This document shows, piece by piece, positions 46,562-56,238 of a stretch of 64,000 bases of DNA. Source of the DNA: Gemmatimonadaceae bacterium. GTDB taxonomy: Bacteria; Gemmatimonadota; Gemmatimonadetes; Gemmatimonadales; Gemmatimonadaceae. The translations under genes and the position numbers were made by a program. Under the pieces are notes generated by a model. The model did no database searches and had not been told where the DNA came from. It saw nothing but the letters and a program-made list of their open reading frames with translations. Position 1 is the stretch's first letter; each line of letters opens with the position of its first letter. The DNA is taken from contig JBDTAE010000164.1 of assembly GCA_039924785.1 (NCBI GenBank), forward strand, positions 4,101 to 68,100, read 5' to 3'.

Positions 46562-47554
46562 TTGCGTAGTCCATCTCGCAACATCCGCACGACCATTCCA
46601 CTCGTCGAACGATTCCCAACACTCGCGAACGTGTCACGCGTGTCGCTCGGCCGTTTTCCCACGCCGATCGTGCCGCTCACTGCGCTATCGACGGGGCTCT
46701 GGATCAAGCGCGACGACCTGTGCGCCGACCCAATAGGCGGCAACAAAGTTCGCGCATTGGAGTTCTTGCTTGGTGGAGTCGGCGAGGATGATGAGCTCGT
46801 CACCGTTGGCTCCGCAGGGTCAACCCACGCGCTCGCGCTGGCGACGTACGGACATCGTCTCAACGCCAAAGTCGCGCTGGGACTCTGGCGCCACGAGATG
46901 AATCCGACCGCCACCGTCGTCGCTGAGCGTTTGCTAAAGCAGCGGGCCGACATCGCGAACTTCCGATCACCCGTCGGCGCATACCTTTGGGGGTTCATCC
47001 GGCGCGCGCGAGGGGCAAAGTGGATCGCCGCGGGCGGCAGCGATCCCCTTGGGGTACTCGGCCACGTGAACGCCGGCCTCGAGCTCGTCGAGCAGATCGA
47101 AGCAGGCATCCTCCCACAGCCATCGTACGTCGTCGTGCCAGTCGGCACGGGTGGAACTGCGGCTGGACTGGCGCTGGCGTTTGCGATCGCCGGTCGAGAC
47201 ATCACCGTCGTTGGTGTTCGCGTCGTCCCCAAAATCATCGCGCGAAAAGGCCATGTGCTGAGCCTCGCCTCAAGCACGGCCAAACTCATCGCGTCGCACA
47301 CTGGCGCCAAACTCCCGCGCGTAAATCCCGGCTCGATCGACATCGTGCACACCGAATTCGGAGGCGCGTACGGCCGCGAGACCGACTCCGCGCGTGCGGC
47401 GTCGACCAAACTCGATGAGCTCCGCCTGCGACCACCCCTCTCGCTCGACGGCTCATACAGCGCAAAGGCGTTCGCCCACGCAATTGGCTTGGCCGCGCGC
47501 AAGCCGACCCTGTTCTGGTTAACCTTCGATTCTCGAATACTCAACGCGCGATGA
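46562..47554 (+). CDS. PLP-dependent ACC deaminase / D-cysteine desulfhydrase family enzyme
   Basis: TPIVPL..., KRDDL...GGNKVRALEFLL (PLP lysine), GSAGSTHA, VPVGTGGTAAG. The start codon is TTG at 46562 and is uncertain. Confidence 0.8.
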   Translation: MRSPSRNIRTTIPLVERFPTLANVSRVSLGRFPTPIVPLTALSTGLWIKRDDLCADPIGGNKVRALEFLLGGVGEDDELVTVGSAGSTHALALATYGHRLNAKVALGLWRHEMNPTATVVAERLLKQRADIANFRSPVGAYLWGFIRRARGAKWIAAGGSDPLGVLGHVNAGLELVEQIEAGILPQPSYVVVPVGTGGTAAGLALAFAIAGRDITVVGVRVVPKIIARKGHVLSLASSTAKLIASHTGAKLPRVNPGSIDIVHTEFGGAYGRETDSARAASTKLDELRLRPPLSLDGSYSAKAFAHAIGLAARKPTLFWLTFDSRILNAR

Positions 47555-47964
47555 CCAAACTTCCCGAAGTCACGTTCCACATCTACCCGACCGACTGCGA
47601 CATGCTCGGGCATCTCAACCATGCCACGATGTTGAATTTCCTCGAGCGCGCGCGCTGGGCGCTGTTGGAGCCGCAGATCAACATTCGCGATTGGGCAAAG
47701 CAGGACGTGTTTTCGGTCGTGCGGCACGTCGACATCGGATACATGGCGCAATCGCTGCCCGGCGAGGATTTGGTGATTCGTTCGGGACTGCTCGCCGTCA
47801 AGCGCACAAGCTACATCATCAGACAGGACGTCAGAAAAATAGGAAGCAATGAGCTCGTGGCCGAAGCATCGATCGTCTTCGTGGCGGTGAATCAGCAAGG
47901 CCAGCCGGTTCCTGTGCCCGAGTCGTGGCGCGACATGCTTCCCCAGTGGCCCGACGCGGAGTGA
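47551..47964 (+). CDS. 4HBT/YbgC-type acyl-CoA thioesterase
   Basis: YPTDCDMLGHLNHATMLNFLERAR hot-dog thioesterase signature. Its ATG overlaps the upstream stop (ATGA). Confidence 0.8.
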   Translation: MTKLPEVTFHIYPTDCDMLGHLNHATMLNFLERARWALLEPQINIRDWAKQDVFSVVRHVDIGYMAQSLPGEDLVIRSGLLAVKRTSYIIRQDVRKIGSNELVAEASIVFVAVNQQGQPVPVPESWRDMLPQWPDAE

Positions 47965-48755
47965 TCGCACTCGTCGGCGACACGGAAATCGGCTACGACG
48001 ACATCGGCTCGGGACTGCCCGTCGTCTTTCTTCACGCATTCCCACTCAATCGCACGATGTGGGAACCTCAGATCGGCGCGTTGGTCGCGGAGTGTCGCTG
48101 TATTCCAATCGATTTCCGCGGCTTCGGCGACTCCGCGGCGTGTCCGCCATACTCGGTCGATCAATACGCCGACGACGTCGCCGGCGTGCTCGACGCACTT
48201 CAGATCGAGCGCGCGGTCTTTGTCGGTCTCTCGCTCGGCGGATATGTCGCGTTCGCGCTGTGGAGACGCCACCGCCAGCGCGTGCGCGGACTTGTGCTTG
48301 CCGACACGCGCGCCTCAGCGGACGTCATCGAGACGATTGCCCGTCGACGCGAGTTGATCAAGATCGCCCAAACGCAGGGCAGCGCCGCCGTCGCAAATAT
48401 GCAGATTGCCGGTCTCATGGGAAAAACCACGCGCGATAAACGCCCCGACCTCTACGACGCGTCGCATCGCTCGATGTCGCAAGCTCCAGTCGACGGAATC
48501 GTCGGAGCGCTCGAAGCGATGATCGATCGCCCTGATTCCACCGACACGCTCGCGACGATCGATGTGCCAACGTTGATCATCGTTGGCGATGAGGATGTGC
48601 TCACGCCGCCAAAGGAAGCAAAAGGCATTCAAGCCGGAATCCCGGGCAGCCGGTTGGAAATCCTGCAGCGGGCCGGCCATCTGTCGAACGTCGAACGGCC
48701 TGCCTCGTTCAACACCGTCGTGAGCGAGTTCCTCGGCGGTCTCTTGTACAGTTAG
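47961..48755 (+). CDS. Alpha/beta hydrolase (enol-lactonase-like)
   Basis: GTG at 47961 overlaps the thioesterase stop (GTGA). HAFPLN, nucleophile elbow GLSLGG, C-terminal GH. Confidence 0.8.
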   Translation: MIALVGDTEIGYDDIGSGLPVVFLHAFPLNRTMWEPQIGALVAECRCIPIDFRGFGDSAACPPYSVDQYADDVAGVLDALQIERAVFVGLSLGGYVAFALWRRHRQRVRGLVLADTRASADVIETIARRRELIKIAQTQGSAAVANMQIAGLMGKTTRDKRPDLYDASHRSMSQAPVDGIVGALEAMIDRPDSTDTLATIDVPTLIIVGDEDVLTPPKEAKGIQAGIPGSRLEILQRAGHLSNVERPASFNTVVSEFLGGLLYS

Positions 48756-48765
48756 CTTTCGCGCG

Positions 48766-49386
48766 ATGTCACCCAACCCGCCATCTGCCTCAGCTTCCGC
48801 CGCCGAGCGCACGGGCCCAGCGCGCGCGGGCGCGGTGCTGTTTCGCTACCGAAGCTGGCTGCCCGTTCCGTTCGTCCTCATCGCGCTCGGCGTTCCGGCG
48901 CACATAGGGCCGATCAACTGGATCGTCGGTGCGATCTTGATCGTCGTCGGCGAAGGCATTCGTCTCGCCGGAGTCGCGGCCGCGGGAACGGTGACGCGCC
49001 GCCGTTCCCGCGATGTCCAACGACTCGTGACGTACGGAATCTTCCGTTGGATGCGGAATCCCCTTTACGTCGGCAACTACCTGATCTGGATGGGTTTTGT
49101 CGTGATTTCGGGCGTGCTGTGGTTTCTCGCCGTGGCCACGGGGCTTTTCGGACTTGAGTATTCTCTAATAGTTGCGTACGAGGAAGGCGTGCTCGAGTCG
49201 ATCTTCGGACAGGAGTATCTCGACTACAAGCCCACGACGCCGCGCTGGATTCCGACCCCTCCGGCAAATCCGGAAAAGGGCCCGCACGATTGGGGCGAGG
49301 CGTGGCGCAGCGAGATCAGCACGTTCCTGCAGTACGCCGCGCTTTGTGTGGCGTTCGCGCTCAAGGCCGTCTACTGGCACGGCTGA
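48766..49386 (+). CDS. ICMT/PEMT-family membrane methyltransferase
   Basis: Polytopic. LVTYGIFRWMRNPLYVG signature, followed by E.E...FG..Y..Y. Confidence 0.75.
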   Translation: MSPNPPSASASAAERTGPARAGAVLFRYRSWLPVPFVLIALGVPAHIGPINWIVGAILIVVGEGIRLAGVAAAGTVTRRRSRDVQRLVTYGIFRWMRNPLYVGNYLIWMGFVVISGVLWFLAVATGLFGLEYSLIVAYEEGVLESIFGQEYLDYKPTTPRWIPTPPANPEKGPHDWGEAWRSEISTFLQYAALCVAFALKAVYWHG

Positions 49387-49422
49387 TGCGCCGGCTGGCC
49401 GGCGCGGGCTGCGAAACGCGTT

Positions 49423-49686
49423 TTACTTCTGCGGCTTGCCTGGCGGCGTCGGGCTCTTGAAGACGTCGCGATTGATCTGGATGTACTTCGCCTGCGCGCT
49501 CGGCACGTCTTCTTCAGGGAAGATTGCCGTTACGGGGCACTCGGGCTCACACGCGCCGCAATCGATACATTCGTCCGGGTGAATAAAAAGCTGATCCGGA
49601 CCTTCATATATACAGTCGACCGGGCAAACGTCGACGCAAGCGCGGTCCTTCGTTCCAATGCAAGCTTCGGTTATTACGTAAGGCAT
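49423..49686 (-). CDS. Ferredoxin (FdxA-like, 3Fe-4S/4Fe-4S type)
   Basis: 87 aa. [17 protein letters not shown] and [12 protein letters not shown] cysteine clusters. Confidence 0.9.
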   Translation of the reverse strand: MPYVITEACIGTKDRACVDVCPVDCIYEGPDQLFIHPDECIDCGACEPECPVTAIFPEEDVPSAQAKYIQINRDVFKSPTPPGKPQK

Positions 49687-49738
49687 GCGTACCTCATGGT
49701 ATCCTGCGATTTGAAGTCTCCCGAGCTAAGATAGTTCC

Positions 49739-50203
49739 ATGCGTCTCATCGTCAACGGACGCCCGCACGACGTCGTCGCCCCGGATCATGAGACGCTGCT
49801 TCTCACCCTGCGCGAGCGCCTCGGATTGACGGGCACGAAGCTGGTTTGCGGCCGCGGCGAATGCGGCGCCTGTACCGTGCTCCTCGACGGTGACTCCGCG
49901 TACGCATGCCTGACGCTGACGGCCGCCTGCGCCGAGCAGAAAATCACCACGATCGAAGGCATTTCGATCGAAGGCAAGCTACATCCGATGCAGGCCGCAT
50001 TCTTCGAACACGACGCGCTGCAATGCGGTTTCTGCACGCCGGGTCAGATTCTGGCGGCGATTGCGCTGTTGTCACAAAGCCCGAATCCCACCGAAGACGA
50101 CGTGCTCTACGGCATGTCGGGCAACATCTGTCGGTGCGGTGCCTATCCGAAAATCCTCCGCGCCGTGCTGGCCGCCGCCGAGGGAGTGCGGGACAATGGC
50201 TAG
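49739..50203 (+). CDS. (2Fe-2S)-binding small subunit of a xanthine dehydrogenase-family molybdenum hydroxylase
   Basis: CGRGECGACTV, CLT, QCGFCTPG, CRCGAY cluster motifs. Confidence 0.9.
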   Translation: MRLIVNGRPHDVVAPDHETLLLTLRERLGLTGTKLVCGRGECGACTVLLDGDSAYACLTLTAACAEQKITTIEGISIEGKLHPMQAAFFEHDALQCGFCTPGQILAAIALLSQSPNPTEDDVLYGMSGNICRCGAYPKILRAVLAAAEGVRDNG

Positions 50204-52496
50204 GCGCTTCGTCACCACCAAAGTCGAGATCGAAGGGCGCGAGGAGACGAAAATCGTCGAGCTCCCGTCGCGCAATCCGGAGCCGTGGGGCGACGACGCC
50301 GTGCTGCACGTCGTTGGCCAGCGAACGCTACGGGCAGACGCGCTCGAGAAAGTTACCGGAACCGCACGCTACACCGCTGACGTTCAACGGCCGGGAATGC
50401 TTCACGCCGCGATTCTTCGCGCGCCTGTCGCATCGGGTCGCGTGACGAAGCTCGATCTCGCTCCCGCGCTCGCGATCGACGGCGTGCGCGGCGCGGTGAC
50501 GTTCGGCGATGTACCGGGGGTGAAGATCGACGGCGTTCCATTGATGGATCGCACGATTCACTACGCGGGCCAACCGGTCGCGGCCCTCTGCGCCGATTCG
50601 ATTGACCTTGCGTATCGCGCGCTGCAGTCGATCGTGATCGAGATCGACGAAACGACGCCGGTGCTCACGGCTGATGCCGCGCTCGAGGAAGGCTCTCCGC
50701 TCGTGTGGCCGCACGGCAACAAGCACCGCGCGTCGCCGCGAGTGTCCGTTCGCGGCGACGTCGACGCGGGGCTTCGCGACGCGGATGTCGTCGTGACTCG
50801 CGAATATCGCACCCCGGTCGCGCTGCATTCCGCGCTTGAGCCGCACGGTGCGGTCGCCGATTGGTCGGGCGGACGGCTTACGGTCTACGAGTCGACGCAA
50901 GGCATTTTCATGACGCGTCGCGAGGTCGCAAAAGCGTTCAACGTGCCGCACTCGTCGGTCGTCGTGATTTGCCAATACATGGGCGGCGGCTTCGGTGCGA
51001 AGAACGGCGCGCCGGCGTCGACGTACATCGCCGCGTCGCTCGCGAAACAGAGTGGCCGTCCGGTGCGCTGCATTCTCGACCGAGAAGGCGAACAGACCGA
51101 TGCCGGCAATCGCACGTCGACGTTCCAGCGCGTCACGATCGGTGCCAAGAACGACGGCACCCTCACCGCCATTTCCGTCGATGCCACGATTCCCCTCGGC
51201 GTCGGCGGCTGGCTCGCGAGTCCCGGAAAGATCTATCACGAGCTCTATCAGTGCGCGAATGTACGCAGCAGCGAGATGTTCGTGTTCACGAACACTGCGC
51301 CGATGGCGAGCTTCCGCGCGCCTGGCCACGTCGAGGGCGCCTTCGGTCTCGAGCGAACGATGGATGTCGTCGCGCGTGAGATCGGATTGGATCCGCTCGA
51401 GTTGCGTCGTCGCAACTACGCGACGCGCGACCAAGACAAGGATCGTGAATATTCTCATAAGATGCTCGAAGCGTGTTACGATCAGGGCGCCGAGCGATTC
51501 GGGTGGAATGCAGCGCGCGGGGCGCCGGCGGCCGACGGGCGCGTGCGCCGTGGCGTGGGCATGGCGTCGCTCGTGTGGGGCGCCGGCGGCGGTCCGCCCG
51601 CGTATGCAACGGTGCGCGTCAATCGCGACGGTACGGTCGACGTGCTGACCGGCGCGCAGGACCTCGGCACCGGGGCTCGCACGGTCCTCGCGCAGATCGC
51701 CGCCGAAACGCTCGGCGCAAACCCGGCGGACGTGCGCACGATTCTCGGCGACACCGAGCGTTTGCCGTTCGCGTCGAACTCGTGGGGGTCGATCACGACG
51801 GCGTCGGTCGGACCGGCGGTTCGCGTCGCGGCCGAAGAAGCGCGCGACTCACTGATCGAGGCCGCGGCGGAAATGATGAACGTCGACGCGAGCGATCTCG
51901 AATCAAAGAACAGTAAAATTCACGCTCGCACCACCGACAAATGCATGCTCTTCAAGGACGTGTGCGAAAAGCTCGGCGACGTGATGATCATCGGACAGGG
52001 CAGCCGCGGTCCGAATCCAGAGAACACCGCGCTCGCCGCATTCGGCGCGCAATTCGCAGAGGTCGAGGTCGACACGGAGACGGGACGCGTGCGCGTGCTG
52101 CGAATCGTATCGGCGCACGATTCGGGGCGCATCATCAATCCGACACTGGCCGAGAGTCAGCTCGAGGGCGGGGTCATTCAAGGACTTGGATATGCGTTAT
52201 TTGAAGAACGCGTCATCGACCCACGGTCCGGCGTCACGCTGAACGCGTCGCTGCACGACTACAAGGTGCCGCTCCTTCCCGACGTTCCCGAGATCGACGC
52301 GTTCTTCGTGAACGGCGCGGACACCGTCGCGAACCACACCGGAGCAAAGGGACTCGCCGAGCCACCGATCATTGGGACCGCGCCCGCGATCGCGAACGCC
52401 GTCGCACACGCGCTCGGCATCGACGTCGACGAAATTCCGTTGACGCCGTGGCGGGTCTTGCGGCAAGCGCGCGGAGATGAAAGTTACGCTCGCTAG
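50196..52496 (+). CDS. Molybdopterin-binding large subunit of a xanthine dehydrogenase-family hydroxylase
   Basis: ATG at 50196 overlaps the small-subunit stop. 766 aa. GTARYTAD, GGGFG, ...AHDSGRIINP..., GLAEPPI conserved blocks. Confidence 0.9.
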   Translation: MARRFVTTKVEIEGREETKIVELPSRNPEPWGDDAVLHVVGQRTLRADALEKVTGTARYTADVQRPGMLHAAILRAPVASGRVTKLDLAPALAIDGVRGAVTFGDVPGVKIDGVPLMDRTIHYAGQPVAALCADSIDLAYRALQSIVIEIDETTPVLTADAALEEGSPLVWPHGNKHRASPRVSVRGDVDAGLRDADVVVTREYRTPVALHSALEPHGAVADWSGGRLTVYESTQGIFMTRREVAKAFNVPHSSVVVICQYMGGGFGAKNGAPASTYIAASLAKQSGRPVRCILDREGEQTDAGNRTSTFQRVTIGAKNDGTLTAISVDATIPLGVGGWLASPGKIYHELYQCANVRSSEMFVFTNTAPMASFRAPGHVEGAFGLERTMDVVAREIGLDPLELRRRNYATRDQDKDREYSHKMLEACYDQGAERFGWNAARGAPAADGRVRRGVGMASLVWGAGGGPPAYATVRVNRDGTVDVLTGAQDLGTGARTVLAQIAAETLGANPADVRTILGDTERLPFASNSWGSITTASVGPAVRVAAEEARDSLIEAAAEMMNVDASDLESKNSKIHARTTDKCMLFKDVCEKLGDVMIIGQGSRGPNPENTALAAFGAQFAEVEVDTETGRVRVLRIVSAHDSGRIINPTLAESQLEGGVIQGLGYALFEERVIDPRSGVTLNASLHDYKVPLLPDVPEIDAFFVNGADTVANHTGAKGLAEPPIIGTAPAIANAVAHALGIDVDEIPLTPWRVLRQARGDESYAR

Positions 52497-52522
52497 AATT
52501 TTTCCCTCGGAGACCTCAAAAC

Positions 52523-53425
52523 ATGCGCCGCATTTCCCTCCCGCTCGCCGCCGCGCTCCTCTGCGCGTGCTCGCCAAAGCCCGCCATGATGGCATCGGGC
52601 AGTCCCACGCCGTCGCGCTCAAATCAACCGCTCGTCGAGTTCGAGATGATGACCTGGCCCGAAGTGAAAGCGGCCCAGGCCCAAGGCAAACTCACCGCGC
52701 TGGTGTACACCGGCGGAACCGAACAGCGTGGTCCGCAGAATGTGAACGGCGGCCACACGCTCATGGGCCGCGCCACCGTCAAAGCAATCGCGCTGCAACT
52801 CGGCAACGCCATCGCGATGCCCGTGCTTCCGTACACGCCGAACAACGCGAGCGCCGACTTGCCGGGCACCATCGGCCTTACCCCTGAATTGCTGGCGGCG
52901 GTGCTCGAACGCGTCACGCAACAGTCGCTCGCGAGCGGCTTCAAGACCGTCATTCTCATGGGAGATCACGGCGGCGGCCAGCCGGCGGTCTATGCGCAGG
53001 TTGCGAAGAAGATGGACGACAGCGTGAAGTCGAAAGGCCTGCACGTTTACTTCTGCGATCAAGTGTACGCCACGGCGAATGGGGACTTCGACAAGTTCTT
53101 GACGGAAAATCATCTGCCGGTGAGCGGTCACGCCGGAATTCCGGATACGTCCGAGATGATGTACCTCGACAGCACCAATACGTGGGTCCGGCGCGAGCTC
53201 GTCGCGACCGCAGTGGGCGACACGACGCCGCGCCCCGCACGTGGTGCCGCTCCGGCAGGCGGTGCAGGAGCGGGACGCGGCGGTGCGGCCGCCGTTCCTC
53301 GAAATCCCGGCAACGGCATCAGCGGCGACGCCCGCCCCTCAACCGTGGAACTCGGCAAGAAGATGTTCGACATGAAAGTCGATTACGCCGTGCGTCAGAT
53401 CCGCGCGTTCCAGGCGATGAGGTAA
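52523..53425 (+). CDS. Creatininase-family amidohydrolase-like lipoprotein
   Basis: Lipobox LLCAC. TGGTEQRGP, GDHGGG, HAGIPDTSEMM blocks reminiscent of the creatininase/MftE fold. Gly/Ala/Arg-rich C-terminal segment. Confidence 0.65.
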   Translation: MRRISLPLAAALLCACSPKPAMMASGSPTPSRSNQPLVEFEMMTWPEVKAAQAQGKLTALVYTGGTEQRGPQNVNGGHTLMGRATVKAIALQLGNAIAMPVLPYTPNNASADLPGTIGLTPELLAAVLERVTQQSLASGFKTVILMGDHGGGQPAVYAQVAKKMDDSVKSKGLHVYFCDQVYATANGDFDKFLTENHLPVSGHAGIPDTSEMMYLDSTNTWVRRELVATAVGDTTPRPARGAAPAGGAGAGRGGAAAVPRNPGNGISGDARPSTVELGKKMFDMKVDYAVRQIRAFQAMR

Positions 53426-53481
53426 GACGGGCGCCGTTTAGAATTCGTCGGATCGCTGCCATTCGTTACTTCGTCGAGGAG

Positions 53482-53769
53482 ATGTCGATGTCGGAAACGT
53501 GCAAGCATTTGGATCAGGTCCGCCACGTCGAACCGCGCACGCCGCAGGGCTGCGAAGAATGCGTGAAAACGGGCGGCCGGTGGGTGCATCTCCGAATGTG
53601 CTCCTCGTGCGGACATGTGGGTTGCTGCGATCAGTCGCCCGGCAAGCACGCGACGAAACATTTCCACGAAACGAAGCACGCCGTGATGCGCAGCTTCGAA
53701 CGCGGTGAGGACTGGGGCTGGTGCTACATCGAAAATCTCTTCATCGAGCCCGCGCCGCGTCCTGCCTAA
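53482..53769 (+). CDS. Stand-alone UBP-type zinc-finger protein
   Basis: 95 aa. CKHL...CEEC...W.HLR.C..CGHVGCCD....H...H...H pattern of zf-UBP. Confidence 0.75.
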   Translation: MSMSETCKHLDQVRHVEPRTPQGCEECVKTGGRWVHLRMCSSCGHVGCCDQSPGKHATKHFHETKHAVMRSFERGEDWGWCYIENLFIEPAPRPA

Positions 53770-53794
53770 CTAAACGAGGTCGCCCTCGGAGAGC

Positions 53795-55750
53795 TCAACG
53801 CGGTGGGACGCCAGTCAGCATTCGCGCCGCCGTCACGCGATCGCCGAGTTGGATTCTGTCGACCGCGTCCATCCCGCGGATCACTCTGCCGAGTGAGGTG
53901 AAGTCGCCTTCGTTGTGCGGCTGGGGAGTGTGATTGAGCGTGTAGCCGGGGCTTCCGGTGTCGAGCCCGGCGGTGGCCCACGCGAGGTTCGCACGCGTGA
54001 GGCGATGGCGATTCACCTCGTCGCGCAGGATGTTCTCGTCGCGAATCGTTCGTTGCTGATCGACGAAGTCCGGAACCACGCGCGTGAATTCTGTGCCGAC
54101 GATGGCGCGCGATTCGATCGTTCTGACGAAATCGTCGACGGCGAGCGGCGCGTCGCCAGGATACAGCTCGAGCTCGATCGGGCCGCGCGGTGTTTCCCAA
54201 ACTGCGATGGGATGCGGCTTGCCTTCGTAATCAGGAACGATCCATCGCTCGACGATGGCTCGGTACGCCGATGCCGGTCGTTGCGCCGGAGCGGCCGCCG
54301 GCCACGCCGGCCACGCCTGCCACGCCTGCCGCGCCGCGGCTCCGAACGCACGCTCGACGTCGCGTCGTAGTGAGGTGCTCGACGGTGGCGTGGTGAATCT
54401 GGCGAAGAAGATCGAAGCACCGGCACCGTGGCGACGTTGCACGCCCGCAACAGCCGCCGCTGCGGCAGAGGCGATCGCGGTCGATGAATCGGTTCGAGTC
54501 TTGTCGAACACATCGAGCAGGAATGGCAGATCGCTCGTGTCACCCCAAGCGCCCATCGCGCGCAACGCCGCCGCGCGCACGATCGGATCAGATGACGAAA
54601 CATCCGCGCGGCGATCGGCCATCGACCGAGTCGTGTCGCGGGCAATCGCCTGCAACGCGGTCGTTCGGCAATACCCCGGCGTGTCTCCGGCGATCTTCTT
54701 TGCGGCGGCGAGTGCTTCCGCCGGCGCGAACGCTTGGAGCGACTGCATGGCAGTGAGTCGCACGGCGCAGGGACGATTGCCCGCGGTTGCGCCCACGAGG
54801 CGAGCGACGCTCGAGTCGCCGCGCATTCGGCCGAGTCCCTCCGCAGCACTGACGGCAATCCAGGAATCGTTCGCGCGGAGACCGGCATACATCGCGCTGA
54901 ACGCGGGGCCGTCGCCGTATGTCGCGAGTGCGCGGATCGCTTCGGTCCGCACGCGGCGATCGGGATCTTTCGCGGCGGCGAGCAGGAGAGTTTCCGCCGC
55001 GACGGTGTTGTTACTCGAGTCGGCCTGTGGCTTGGTGAGACCGCGCACCGCCCATGAGCGGACGAGCGCCGATGAGTCTTTGCTCATGACCAGCAGTGTT
55101 GCGACCGCGGCTGGGTCTCGCGGGCGAAACAGTGCCCATGTCGCGCGCCAGCGTATTTCCTCGTGTGTCGAGTGGGTCCATTTTATGATTGGCGCGAGGT
55201 CGCCTCGTGGGAGCGCGCGCCCGATGGAGAGCAGCGCTTCACCGATCGTCGCGGTGTTTCTCGGGATCGCGGTCGTTCGGGCGAGGTACACGGCGAGCGC
55301 GGCGCGAGCGTGCGCGGTTTTCAGTTTTCCGAGGGCCACGGCCGCTTCGGTGGCGACGGTCGGCGCGGATTTCGGGTCGGTAAGTAACGAATCGAGCCAG
55401 GCAACCGTCCCAGTGTCGCGGAGCTGGCCCACGGCGAACACCGTGGTTGCGGCGACGGCGGTGTCGTGGTCGAGCGGGTTCGCGCGGAGCATGGCAATGC
55501 CTCGTTTGTCGGCGATGCGGGCAATCGCGAGGGCCGCTCGGCGTCTGAGTTCCGGGTGCGGGGCAGCGAGGATGCGGCCGAGGTCGTTGGTATCGAGGAG
55601 GCGGCGGTCTTCGAGGAGTTCGAGGCGGGCGATGTCGTCGACGTCGGCCGAGGAAAGTGCGGGGTGTGCCGCGGATCGGGATTGTGCGTTTCCCGGCGCG
55701 GCGATTGCAGCATAGAGGAGCAGGGCGGCGCCGGCGATTTTTGGATGCAT
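53795..55750 (-). CDS. Secreted HEAT-repeat protein fused to a C-terminal cyclophilin-type peptidyl-prolyl isomerase
   Basis: ATG at 55750, signal peptide. About 450 aa of HEAT-like repeats (...RRRAALAIARI..., VRSWAVRGL, VRTEAIRAL, VRAAALRAMG). C-terminal cyclophilin blocks (IELELYPGDAPLAVDDF, F.RVVPDFV.Q, LAWATAGLDTGSPGY). Confidence 0.8.
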   Translation of the reverse strand: MHPKIAGAALLLYAAIAAPGNAQSRSAAHPALSSADVDDIARLELLEDRRLLDTNDLGRILAAPHPELRRRAALAIARIADKRGIAMLRANPLDHDTAVAATTVFAVGQLRDTGTVAWLDSLLTDPKSAPTVATEAAVALGKLKTAHARAALAVYLARTTAIPRNTATIGEALLSIGRALPRGDLAPIIKWTHSTHEEIRWRATWALFRPRDPAAVATLLVMSKDSSALVRSWAVRGLTKPQADSSNNTVAAETLLLAAAKDPDRRVRTEAIRALATYGDGPAFSAMYAGLRANDSWIAVSAAEGLGRMRGDSSVARLVGATAGNRPCAVRLTAMQSLQAFAPAEALAAAKKIAGDTPGYCRTTALQAIARDTTRSMADRRADVSSSDPIVRAAALRAMGAWGDTSDLPFLLDVFDKTRTDSSTAIASAAAAAVAGVQRRHGAGASIFFARFTTPPSSTSLRRDVERAFGAAARQAWQAWPAWPAAAPAQRPASAYRAIVERWIVPDYEGKPHPIAVWETPRGPIELELYPGDAPLAVDDFVRTIESRAIVGTEFTRVVPDFVDQQRTIRDENILRDEVNRHRLTRANLAWATAGLDTGSPGYTLNHTPQPHNEGDFTSLGRVIRGMDAVDRIQLGDRVTAARMLTGVPPR

Positions 55751-56123
55751 AAATGCTTGGTTTTGTGCGTGCAGATTGTACATCAAATTCGGGTGGAGAC
55801 AGATCCGTTCGCCAGAGGATTTTCCGTCGCGAGGGCTCGTAGAGAGGGTCCAGCGCGGGGGTCGATTGACGCAACGATTTTCAGCGTCTTGCGCACAACT
55901 TTCGAACGTCTGATACTCCTTGTGCGTAGACGAATGATAGATGGTGATGGTCGCTCGTCAGTTAGTGGTGAGTTAGTCAGCCGTTTGAACAAACGGGGCT
56001 CCGATGGGTGATATCGCAACGCAGTACAGCGATTTCGAGAGCATAATCGTGCCGCGCCGGCTCGCTCAGAGCCCTGCGCTCGCGGCCGATTTTCATACAT
56101 GTCTTATAGCCGTGTCGGCTCGT

Positions 56124-56160
56124 AGCAGCGGAGTTTCCGCGGTACCGAATCGTCGCTGCT
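56124..56160. repeat. Stem-loop presenting a CCGCGGAA-family motif in its loop
   Basis: 7-bp stem AGCAGCG / CGCTGCT encloses GAGTTTCCGCGGTACCGAATCGT. The 15-mer GCGGAGTTTCCGCGG (56128-56142) is identical to 398-412. About 80 nt upstream of the DUF1592 gene. Confidence 0.65.
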
Positions 56161-56238
56161 GATAGCTTTCAAGGCTTGGGAAGGGCCGCGTTGCGACAAC
56201 CGCGCGCGGAGGTTCGCTGGATCGGGGGATCGTCGATC

